From contig CP158635.1 of NCBI GenBank assembly GCA_050273025.1, positions 992,001-1,056,000 on the forward strand: 64,000 nt of DNA. The letters are read 5' to 3'. The number at the start of each line of letters is the position of its first letter. Positions within the stretch are counted from its first letter, which is position 1. Of the stretch, positions 37,444 through 49,068 are shown one piece after another. The notes beneath the pieces were generated by a model. It was not told the DNA's origin. It was given only the letters and a program-made list of their open reading frames with translations, and did not search any database. The DNA is from Cenococcum geophilum. Its lineage: Eukaryota. A program made the translations under genes and the position numbers.

Positions 37444-40400
37444 TATATAATTACAGCACCTATTGTACCAACCGCGTGCTTACACGTTCGGTACGCCGAG
37501 TACGCATTTACGCGTTTAGTGCACCAACCACCCGCTTACGCGTCTAGTGCACTTCTAAAGCACTAACTAATTAGGGGGGAGGCGCATCAGTATATAGACT
37601 ACGTAGTCTGCATTATATAATTAACAGTCACCATCTAAACAAGCATACGATACTATATATATTTCGTGCCCGTGGATACAACTCACTCGTGCTATTAAAT
37701 TAGTATAAATACTAATCAGTAAGCGCACACAGATCAGCAATCACTTAATACCTCCCTCCAAGCAATACTCGACAGCAACCACCCGTTTAGACTCCTAGTA
37801 CGACCTACTAGAAGGTTAGAAGTTGGGGATTACGGACTATCACCAACTCTATATACTTATTTAAGTCTTAATACGGTTTATTAAAAGTTATAAACACGAA
37901 TACAGACCTTTATGGAACCCCCTATCCTTAACCCCCTTAAACCTTAAACCTCTTCGGACCTTACGGAAACCCCCTACCCTTCTATAAACTGTTACGGACC
38001 CATTAATCGCCTTTACGGACCACTATAAGACCCCTTAAACTGTTATAGACCCGCTAATTAATTTTACGGACCGTTATAAGACCTCCTCTACCCGCTATAA
38101 GCTACTATAACCCGCCACAGCTTATACAGATATATAACGCTATATAATATAGCAGATATAAGCAAGCAAATTAGTGAAGGTCAAAAGAAGTAGAGCTAAG
38201 GAGTCGACCTTACGTCTACGGACAATATTAACGACTATATTAATTTTAAAAACCTTAAATACGGACACTATAAGCTTCTAAATAACGACCTATAGGAGCA
38301 ATATAAGGAAGACTTTACGGACTTTACGGAAGCTATTCTTAAGGCTTATAACCCTACTACCATCTATAACCTACGAACCCTTTTACGTCACTAAGGTATA
38401 TAGGTTAAAAAGAATAAACGAGTTACTGTTATATAGTCCTTATACAACATAATATAGGAGGAGAACCAAATGGAATAGACTAAAGAGAAAATCCTAGACT
38501 AGGTTAAAGCCACTAATAATCTCTCTACTTCTCCTAAACTTAATGGCATCGCTAGCCTTATACCTAACCTACTTAACCAAATTTGTCCTATAAACCTAAG
38601 TAATTTCAGAATTGATTTTACGGGCTAAAGCACACCCAGTACCCAAGTTACGGACCGTAATACCCCCGTAAACCAAAATATGGACTAAAACCCTTCCGTC
38701 GCCAAAGCTATAGATCCGCAACCTACGTAAGCCACATATCCGCAAACCATATATCCGCAAGCCATATATCCGCAAGCTACAGATCCGTAAGTTATAGATC
38801 CGTAACGTACCTAAGTAAAGACCTATAGTAAGGAGCTAGCTAACCTAGCTAAGCTCTACACCAACAAATCTAAGTACAGCGGTGAAAACGATAACTTTAA
38901 CTTTAAACTAACTATCTTTACGGACCTCTGCCAGAAGGCTAATATTTCTAAATAGGAATTCAGCCAAGCCTACTCTACCATACTACGCGGCCTAGCACTT
39001 AACTACTACTACACTAACCTTAAGAGTAACCCCTTTGGTGTTCCCTTTAATAAGCTATATAAAGCTACCCGCAACTACTTTAAAGGACTAGAATATAAGC
39101 GTAATATCCTTACCTAATAGAATACGATTAAGCTACGGACCGTAATTAATAAGAATACTAAAAAATCGACTATAGAGTGCCTGCAAATTCTTATTAAAGA
39201 CCTCTAGCACCTATAGCACGGCCTTAACACTAAGCTTCGAATAGACGACTTCCTATATAATAAACTTATTACGGCCTGCCAGGAAGTAGAGCCCTATAAG
39301 TACACCTACTACAAACCTATAGATACCTTAGCTGGCCTTATTAACGATCTACGCTCCTCTATTATAATATACGAAGTCTTAAACCCACTAGGCAGCACTT
39401 AAGCCTTTATTACGGATATTCAATATCCATAAACAAACTTAGACGTCTACTTTACGGACCGCCGCTACCGCTAGCAGCACCCGTACCGACTAAGCCCTAC
39501 CCGCAACCCCTATAGTAACCCCCGTATAAAAATATACCCCTATAAATAAACCAGCCAGAAGTGCTTTATATATAGTAAGGAAGGATATTGGTCTATAAGG
39601 CATACCTAAAAAGAACGTAATAAGTCTAGGAAGAGACTTAATAACCATATTAACCAGTTCATTTTGGAATATAAAGAAGAGGAAGTAGAAGAGCCCCCTA
39701 ATAAGTTAATAGAAGCCCTTATAATTAACTTTAACTTAGACGCTTAGGAATAAGAGACCTTAAAGACATTCCTAACTACTTTTAGACCTTTTACGGACAG
39801 CCAAGCCTTTAATATTACGACCGTATTAGCCAACCGTTCCTTTATACACTTAGTTACGCCCAAAAACCATTCCATAAGCACCCCCGTTATAAACGTTATA
39901 GATTATAAGCAGGACCCATTTACATATATCACCACTAAACGCTATACCCCTAAAGAATTCTACGGCGTTATAATTAATATAGGTGCCTTTAAGAAGTCTA
40001 CTACAGGTTACGGACAATATCTTATATATAAGACCACCACAAATAACAATACGGACATTAATACTATGCAAACTGGGGCCGTAAACGTCCAATTTGGCAT
40101 TAGCTTAACCGCATTAATTAGATTAGTTAAAGTTAAGACTCCAATTAGCCTAGTTAACTTCCATATAGTAAAAGCGGACACCCCTTTCCTACTCTGCCTT
40201 ACAAACATAGACAGACTATAGGTTTACTACAACAATATTACGGATACCCTAATTAGCCCCACAACTGCCCTAAAAAGTAAGAATATTACCCTACTAATTA
40301 CACAACAATTTGGACACCTGTTCCTTATATAGGGAAAGACTTTACAGACCTATATTTAGGAATCTTTCGACTATAACCCATGCTACCTCACTAGTACGGA

Positions 40401-43400
40401 AATCCACCGCCTATAGCAGCTCTACGTAGCCGAAATAAGTGTCGGTTTGGGGCACGTGCGCACCCACCAAAATCATGCTTCACGATCATCGTTTACAACA
40501 CCATAATACAGCCAAATCAATTCAATATCGAGTTATCTGCCCGTCAGCCCTAATGCACTCATGCAGGCGCTTCGTATACCAGCTGTATATCTCTATAATC
40601 TTCTCCTAATCCACTTAATTCTCCTAAACATCTATAAAACGCTCCAATGCTGTATCCTCCTCTTCTACGCGCTTTAAATGGAACTTCTTCTTAATAGGAT
40701 GGGCTAAGGACTCCACAATTAATAGATCTGGTGATAGACCAGGCAATATTAGAAGCTTTAAGTCCCATTCCTTTGCCTAGGCTAAAGACTCCCTTAATTT
40801 ATGCGCTGAATCTACATCCTGACATAAAGTAATTCCCTTAATATTAAACTTTAAAAGAAGCCATGGCAACACCTGCTTGGTGTAGGCTTTTAAGCTTATT
40901 TTACCCACCTAGTTATCTACCTTATATAAGAAGAACTTCTTCTAGGTCCTGCCAATAACAACAAAGACATTAAATAGTTTAAGATGCTTCTTCTCTCGGG
41001 CCTTCTCCTTTTTATCCTTTTTAGTAACTCCCTTCTTCCTATAAACATTCTGTGGTAAATAGCGGTAAAGATTACTACTCCTTCTCTTAATTCTATGGGT
41101 TTCTTCTGCACCTAAACCAAAGTGATATTTATTGCAAAAAGCAATATTATTCCAGTCCTTGGGATAGGGTCTTTCTTTTAGCTATAAATAGCACCAATTC
41201 TTCCTTTTATCTGCCTGCTCTGGGTTAAGCCACTTCTCTTCCTCTATCTTTGCATTAATATATCCTTTATCCTCTTTTATAGCTCTTTAAATTGGCTTAT
41301 TTCTAAGAGGTTAGCGACCTATTCTCTAAGTTAGAACCATTAAAAGATCTTTATAATTTGGGGCCTCTTAAACAATAGTCTATTATAGGGCTAATTTTAA
41401 GTCTTAATTGAGATTAGGGTCGTCCAAATACACAGCAATAGCGTGGGTGTCTTCCTTTATAAGGGCTCGATTTCTCCCTCTTGTTTTTAGCCTAGAATTA
41501 TATATAGTTTTACATTACTTTAAGGCTACAATATATTATTAAAAGCGCTTAGCAATTCCAGTAGCCTGCTATATAATAGCTAGAGGAATAGCCTTGCCCA
41601 GTAATTGGCCAAAGATTTTGGCGTAGAGAACTCCTGTGCGTAGAGGAGTCTTTAGATGCTTATTTTCCCCAGCGTTATAGTATAATTCTAGGGGTGGGGT
41701 AAAGTATTTGGCCCGCATCTTTCGGGATGTAGGCTCCTTAGTAACTTAGGTTATAATTAGTAATTGCACCGAACGAATTTGGGTGCGAAATGGTGGTGTC
41801 GTGAGGTTTGTTATGATTGAGGCATACTTAGGGGCTTTGTTTGGGTGGGGCGTGCACGTGCCCCAAACCGACACTTATTTCGGCAGTCCATTTCGGCCAC
41901 CTATTAGCCGAAAAGCTGTATAGAGTCCTTAAACATTCTAGACATGACAACGTTAATAGGAAGGCAATTAACCACCTAACTAAATACTGCTCCTTCTGCT
42001 AGAAATACGGACGTTCCCTAGGCCGATTTAAGTTTACTCTTTATAAAGACCTTAATTTTAACCACTTAGTATACGTAGATATTATATATATTAACGGCAG
42101 CCTAGTATTACACATAATTAACGAGGCAACCCGCTATTAAGCCGCCCGTTAGTTGCAAAATATATCCGCAAAATATACTTAGGACATTTTACGGACCTAC
42201 TGGATTAATATATACGTTGGACCCCCTAAGTACATTACCCACGACGCTAGTAGGAACTTTATTAGTAAGGAATTCCAATAGTATGCTATAGCTATAGCTA
42301 TTTCAACAAAAGCTGTTCTAGTTAAGGCGTACTAATCTATTAGGCTTGTTAAGCGAGCTTACCTAGCTCTATAAAGAGCTTACTAGATTATTACGGACGA
42401 GTATAAAGATATCTAAAAGGAACTAGCTTTACAGATGGCTGTAAAAGCCGTTAATAATACCGCTAGCCCTAACGGGCTAGTACCTACCCTCTTAGTTTAC
42501 GGAGCTTACCTAAGGATAAGTAACCTAGGCCCTCCTACCCCGTCTATTACGGAATAAGCAGCTATAATACAAAAGGCAATGGCCAAAATAGTCAAATTAC
42601 GGGCTAAATAAACTATTAATAACGCTCTACACTACCGTAACGGACCTAATATAACCTTAGTATACAACCTCCCGCTTAATTCTAAAGTCCTTATATGGCG
42701 TAAAAGCGGTAATTAGACTAGACCTTACCGTCTACTAGCCGTAGAAGACGAGACCTACTATATATAGCTCCCTAGTGGACCAACAAGCTTCAAAAGCACG
42801 TCCATAAAACCCTATTTTTGGTCCAAAAACACCCATAACATTAAGCTAGACAAACTAGAAGCACCCGCCGAATTAGGTAAACTAGAAACACCTACCAAAT
42901 TAAACAAACTAAAAGCACCCTTGCCTACCCTAGAGGTCCCCTAGAAACCCACTAAACCTACTAAACCTGCTATAAAGCGTGGCCGAGGACGCCCCCGTAA
43001 GAACCCTATAATAGAGAATTACCTAACCTCCGCAGGTATATCCGCAAGGCAATCTCCGCTTACGGATATATCAGTTCTAATACAGAAAACCCCTTTTACG
43101 GACTTATAACGCAAAGAGATTAACGGACTACTTAAAAAGGGCGTCTTTACAGTTATAATGGAGAAAGACGTTCCGCAAGGCGTCCGTATATTTAACTTAC
43201 GCTTTATTAATAAAATTAAGCACCCTAATACTAATAAAGCTTTTAAAAAATTAAGGCTTATTATACAAGCCTATAATAACTAAGGGAAGGGCTTAGTCCT
43301 TACGTAATTGCCTATAATCCAATAAGTCAGCCAACGGATTATATTTGCACTTACGCCCAGCCTACAGTAAAGTAAACCCGTAGCTCTTTACCTACGGGAC

Positions 43401-45114
43401 ATCTCGTAAGCCTATATACAGTCTAACACCTACCTAAGTAGGGAAATCTTTATACAACTACCCTATGAGCTTAACCTATAACTAGGAACAATTTTATAGG
43501 TTATAAAACCTCTTTATAAAGTACCAGAAGCCGGAAACCATTAGTTTAAGACGTACTACTAGTATTATATTAGTAAACTTAAAATAGAATAGTTAACCTA
43601 CAACCCCTACCTCTTATATACCCCATTAAACGGCCTTAGCATTATTAGACTCTAAACTAATAATACCCTTTTCCTAGTAGACCAAACCTTTACGGACGCT
43701 AAAGAAACTAAACTATAAAAGGCAAAGTTCTTAGCAAAGCCGCGAAAGTAGTTAACTAAGTAAACTCTAATTAAGTTTAATAGAGGCTTAATTATATAAA
43801 AGGGCAACCTAATTAAGCTAACTTAGGAACGCCAAGCTTAAAACCTAAAGCCCGTTATAGTAAAACCTACGGACCTTACTAGTTCCCGTAGAGAAACCCA
43901 TAAGACCGTAAATATAAAGGACTAATACACTGCATAGCGTGCAAGAGGCGCCTATATTACCATAGTCTGTTAACCTAAATCTGCCTATAATCTGTCCTTT
44001 ACGGCCTAAGCAGTAGACCCGCAAAAAGAAAATATTAAGTAGCTTAATAAGCGCATCTAGTGGCAAATCAACAATGTAGTAAGGGGACTTACTTTTATAC
44101 CACTAGACCTAAATTCCCTTAGCCTACTAGTATTTACAAACGCATCTTTTGCTAATAATAAAGACCTATTATTATAAATCGGCTTTATAATTGTACTTAC
44201 GGACTATAATTAGGACGTAAATATACTATACTAGTCTTTAATTAAGTGTAAATAAGTAACCCGTAGTATACTAGCTTCTAAACTATATATACTAGCTTAT
44301 GGATTTAATATAGCAGCCGCAATCAAATTAACGGTCTAGAAGATTCTATAACTGGAGTAGTTACCCCTAGTTTTATACACTAATTTAAAGTCCCTTTACG
44401 ACTGCCTAGTTAAACTAGGTATAACATAAGAGAAGAGGCTTATAGTCGACCTAATGTGCTTATATCAGGCCTATAAACGACGTGAGATTACGGAAGTTAA
44501 ATGGATTAGCAGCGGAGACAACCTAGTAGACGCCATAACTAAGGCAAAGCTGTGTTAAGCTCTTAAAACCCTAATTAATATAAATAAGCTTAACCTAAAG
44601 GTTATAGAATGGGTAGAGCGAGACTAACAAAGCATTTACGGTTTAGTTACGGCCCGTTAAAAGGCCGTACAGTTTATTTTACGGACTGTAAGCAGGACTT
44701 ACGGCCAGCTTAGAGCACCATTTAGAAGGCAACCTAGAGGGCACCTTAGGAGGGATTTCCTATGTATTTTCTTATGTGTTTTGTAGTTCTATTAAGATAA
44801 TTACAGAGGCTATACATAAGTGGTTTCATTTTCCAAGTACCGCTAGTATATAATTACAGCACCTATCGTACCAACCGCGTGCTTACGCGTTCGGTACGCC
44901 GAGTACGCATTTACGCGTTTAGTGCACTAACCACCCGCTTACGCGTCTGGTGCACTTCTGAAGCACTAACTAATTAGGGGGGAGGCGCATCAGTATATAG
45001 ACTACGTAGTCTGCTTTATATAATTGACAGTCACCATCCAAACAAGCATACGATACTACATGTATTTCGTGCCCGTGGATACGACTTACTCGTGCTATTA
45101 AATTAGTACGAACA
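37444..45114 (+). mobile_element. Element E: Ty1/Copia retrotransposon (GalEa-like fungal type) inserted in the integrase of D
   Basis: 268-bp LTRs 37444-37711 and 44847-45114; TSD ATATA; order protease (IDTGA ~39975), integrase (HRxFGH), RT (KSRLVVQ, QTDD ~43655), RNase H (FTDASFA, TDSKSL). Confidence 0.92.
40429..41884 (-). mobile_element. Tc1-like DD34E DNA transposon inserted in element E
   Basis: 31-bp TIR GCCGAAATAAGTGTCGGTTTGGGGCACGTGC at both ends; minus-strand transposase with FC(DE)YHF and QD-34 aa-E (SPDLxIVE). Confidence 0.9.
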
Positions 45115-47001
45115 ATATATAAGCTCTACGGTGTATTAAGTATAATTATCTCTAATTATAGTATATAATTTATTAGCGACTTCTAGTAATAACTAAGTAA
45201 ATACCTTAAGACAACCTTATAACTAAGCTTAGCCTAATACCTAGAAATAAATAGCTAAACTAAAATTATTAACGCTGCCGTAAATAAATACCTTTATACT
45301 TTTATTAGCTTTATATAGGATAACTAAGTTAACTACTTACCGCTTACTAAGTTTGCTATAAATAACTAAGTTAATAAGAGTATAGGCATCTCCCTATTTT
45401 TTATAAACTATAGCTTTAACCCTCGCCTTAGAATTAAGCCTACTAGCCCTTACCTACTAATACTATTAGTATAAGTAAAGAAGAAGTTCTTCTACGCGGA
45501 CTTTATAGCTAACCGCTTTAAGCGGATATTAATATAGCTTAAGGCCCTATCCCGGATTTTATAGTAACGCTATAAAAATAATACTAATACCTATAGGAAT
45601 AAGAGCGCGTTATTCTATAAAGGTGATATAGTTATAGTTAGCTTAGAAAATATAAAGATAAACAGACTTAAAAAGAAATGGGACGATAAATAGGACGGCC
45701 TGTACCCCGTCCTCGTAGTATACTAAGGGGTAGTTATAGTAGACCTCCTAGACTATATCTAAGTAAATAAATCCTTTTATATATCTAAGGTCCGCCTTTA
45801 GGCTGCTAAAGAAATCCCTAGCTAAGCAAATATTAATACCGTAGAGCGCTATAATATATAAGGACAAGTGGCAGAGAGAGATAATAACGGCAATATAGAA
45901 GATAAATAGGAGTTTAAAATAATCCTTAATATATATAATAAAGACCCCTAAGGACTAACTTATAAGATTAAATGGAAATATTATAAGGATATAATCTAGC
46001 AGCTAAAGGAAGACCTAAAGGGTTATAAATGGGCTGTATAGCGCTTTTATAAGCAATACCCTAAAAAGCTAAAACCCCTAGACTAGGTATAAGATAAGGA
46101 AAAGTTACTCTAAGGTCACAGCCGACCACCGTATTAAAATTTATGGTAGTTAAGATGTTATAAAACTTTAACTAGTAGTTAAAGTTGTTTAATTAGCTAA
46201 ATTCTTACTAAGAAACGCCACGCGGATCGATTTAGGTAGCGGTATAGAGTTCTACTAACCTTACTTATTGAACTAACTAATTAGGATTTTCTATACCCAG
46301 TATAGAAAATTACTATTAGCTTAGTTAAAGGTGGTAAGCGGAACTAATATCTTTATAGTAAAAAACAGGCAACCCTATATACTGCCTATTTTTAAGTTAT
46401 ATATTTAGTTTAGGGACTAAACTATCTAGGGGAGAGGAGTACTGTTACGGCACTGACCTAATATATACTGTTTTATACTATCTTATACTATTTCCTACTA
46501 TTAGCTAGCCCTACTATTTATATACAATACCCCCTTTCCACCTTCTTTCCCTCTTTATACTATAACGTAGTTATTTAGTCTACTTTATTACAGTACTATG
46601 ACAGAGAATATTAAAAAAGTTAATATTAAGGAAAGAGGATTTAGGACGGCTAGTAAAGCTATTAGGATTATAAATGCTAATTATAATAAGTAATCTACTA
46701 TAAGCAGTTAGTAAGATGGTTTTCTTAAAATAATAATATAAGAGATATTAGGTATAAACCGTGTAGTGACTTAAAGGGGTGGACTATAAGGGGTAAGGAG
46801 TTAGTAAGTAGTTATTAACTATAATAAATAAGGCGAAGAGAGTAGAAATAAGGGTAGTCTTTAACTAGTAGTTATAGAAGAAGTAGTTAACGATAAGCTA
46901 AATAAGTAGTTAGGGGGGGTAGTAAGCAATAAGCTAAATAGGTAGTTAAGGGGGTAAAGTATAGCAGTAAAGTTAAGTGAAGTTAAAGTAAAGCAGTTAA
47001 T

Positions 47002-49068
47002 AACCTTTATCTTTAGTATAAAATATATTATTAATTACCTCTATATAATCTCTAAATGCTAATAGCTTAGTAGTAGTAGTAGATTATTCCTTATCTTTAG
47101 ACGAAATAGAAATAATCTTATTAGGTATAGTAATATTTTAAAGATTAAATAAGTAAATCTTTTCTTTAAGAAGCTCTATACTATTAGTAAGAATATTAAT
47201 AGACTTAAATTAACCGTTATAATTACTATTAACTACTTAGATATATATATAACCCTTAGCTTAAAGATAGTATATAAGACTAAATATATTAGCAAGTGCT
47301 AACTTTTTACTATATTTGGAATCGGCTCTTTAATTAAATAAAGTCTCCAGTATAGGATGCAGTTAAGAAATATACGAACTAGCAAGCGCAACCTATTTAA
47401 ATATCTTTTTAACATTATAAGTGGAGTTCTTATATAGTTTTATATTAACAGTATAGTAGCAGTTAATATACTCTAGGGCAAAATTAATTACTTTAAAGGT
47501 ATTTAGTTAACCTATTAGATTTACTAAACTTAACATAAAAATTAATTATTAAAGCTTAGTAGTCGCAATCTAATCTATAAAAAGCTATTAAAGATAAAGT
47601 ATCTTATACCCGTACCGTAACTACTTAGCCCTATAGAACTAGATAGAGAGTAGATTAATAAGTTAGCGGATTAGACTAATATTGCTATAACGGATAGTAT
47701 GCCATAGGACTATAAAAGCTTTAACCTATTAGAGATACCAATATATACTAAAAAACTCCTTATTATTATATCTTAACCGGTTTAAGCGGAGTAGGTAAAT
47801 GCTTATTATTATACATGCTTAATTAATTTAAGAAATTAAAATAAAGTTAGCTATATAATAGCATTATTATAAAACTCTTTCCTATTATTTTCCTTACTAT
47901 TAACCCCTTAGAACTACCCCTTAGTACTAAGTACGTTATACTAGAGTATAACTACTTAAGCTATCTAGCTTTATATAATTAATAGCTTAATAAGATAAAA
48001 TTTAGTATTCTCTTATAAGATTTTATGCCGGTCTTAGTAGCCAATATTATAAAGGAGTGTGGCCTTTAAGTAAGTACTAGGAGGACTTTTTTAGTAAGTA
48101 TAAACTATAAGGTAGAGGAAACTTTAAAGGATATAAAAGAATATAGGTAGCCTAAGTAACCAGTCCTAACGGTTAAAAGCTTAACCAGTAAGAGATTACT
48201 TAGTTTTAACGCTCCTAATATATTAAACGGTCTTTTAATCTCCCTAGGTAAGCCAAAGGCGCTAGGTAAAATGGCCTAACTTATTATCCTCTTTAAGGCT
48301 AAGTTTATAAATCTAGATATCCTAATAAACACTATATATACCTTTAATTATACCCTTATTATAAAAGATTGCACCTAGCTGCTATAGAGTGGTTTTTTTT
48401 TATAAAAGAGATAGCAGGTTAAGCTTTAATACTATAGGAAAAAGACCTAGCTTATTACTAAAAACATATTTAACTACTTATAAATAAAGCTTGCGGATAG
48501 TAGTTATAATAAAGTATATTAATAACTGCTATAAGATATAGTCTTGTTAAAGACCTAAAAATAAGATAATATTATTAAAAAGAAGTAGTTGTGATAGGTT
48601 AAATATTAACTGCTTAAGGCTAGTAGTTGGAATCTTAGGATAAAGGACAAGAAGCGTAGTAGTTATATTATATATTCTTATTCCAAAAAACCTAAATACT
48701 TAATCTCTAATATCGTCTTTAAAATTAAAGTTATCGTAGACTAGTAGCGCTTAAGGATTAACTATAAGGCTTAGTAGCTTATTCTTTTTATTAGTTAGCT
48801 ATATAAAATATAGGCTAAGGGGTTAAACCATCCTTTATATTATTAGCAATATCTATAAGGTATTAATTAATATATTTATAACTATTATAGAGACCTAGCC
48901 TAGCTAATACCTTAATAACTTAACGCTTAATACTATTTCTAAGTAGGTAAATTCCTAACATTTTTATAAAGAAATTGGCAGTATACCGTATACGACTTCT
49001 ATAAATAATAGAAGTAATTAAATATAACTACTACTAGACTATCTTGGAATTGCCTAACCCTTTATAAC
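47002..49068 (-). pseudogene. DUF6589/Academ-type DDE transposase, RIP-mutated; N-terminus displaced beyond element F
   Basis: After reverting RIP: LGIYLLGNGVKRRVIEVLAGLGLC (~48890-48960), LVYDNFNF (~48720-48745), EGTIEG, WGDQKT (~48232-48246), PAFFH (~48135) and LVNxxGRPNTFKAIDFALEHIN (~47462-47530). Confidence 0.75.

Larger units (their letters stand above)
32061..46603 (+). mobile_element. Element D: Ty3/Gypsy chromovirus, heavily RIP-mutated, interrupted by element E
   Basis: LTRs 32061-32247 (187 bp) and 46443-46603 (161 bp); TSD GAGAA; PPT aggggagaggagtac; RT YL(D)(D) ~35881; integrase split at 37443/45120; chromodomain ~45905-46060. Confidence 0.92.
7263..49068. mobile_element. RIP-decayed AcademH-like DNA transposon forming the scaffold of the nested block. 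Visible pieces: 7263-8883, 9149-9301, 15745-16959, 23556-23697, 30366-32060, 46609-49068. Right end is outside the window.
   Basis: Removing TSD-bounded insertions leaves about 7.3 kb encoding a RecQ-like helicase (+) and a convergent DUF6589/Academ-type transposase (-). RIP-type AT richness starts right at an 18-bp inverted-repeat structure. Confidence 0.75.

Noticed and set aside
37900..38810. CRISPR-like or satellite array
   Set aside because: Eukaryotic context. These are degenerate tandem repeats in the Copia E 5' UTR and gag, with no unique spacers.
46190..46360. Hammerhead ribozyme in the shared hairpin module
   Set aside because: No CTGANGA...GAAA core with correctly placed stems could be found, even allowing for RIP.
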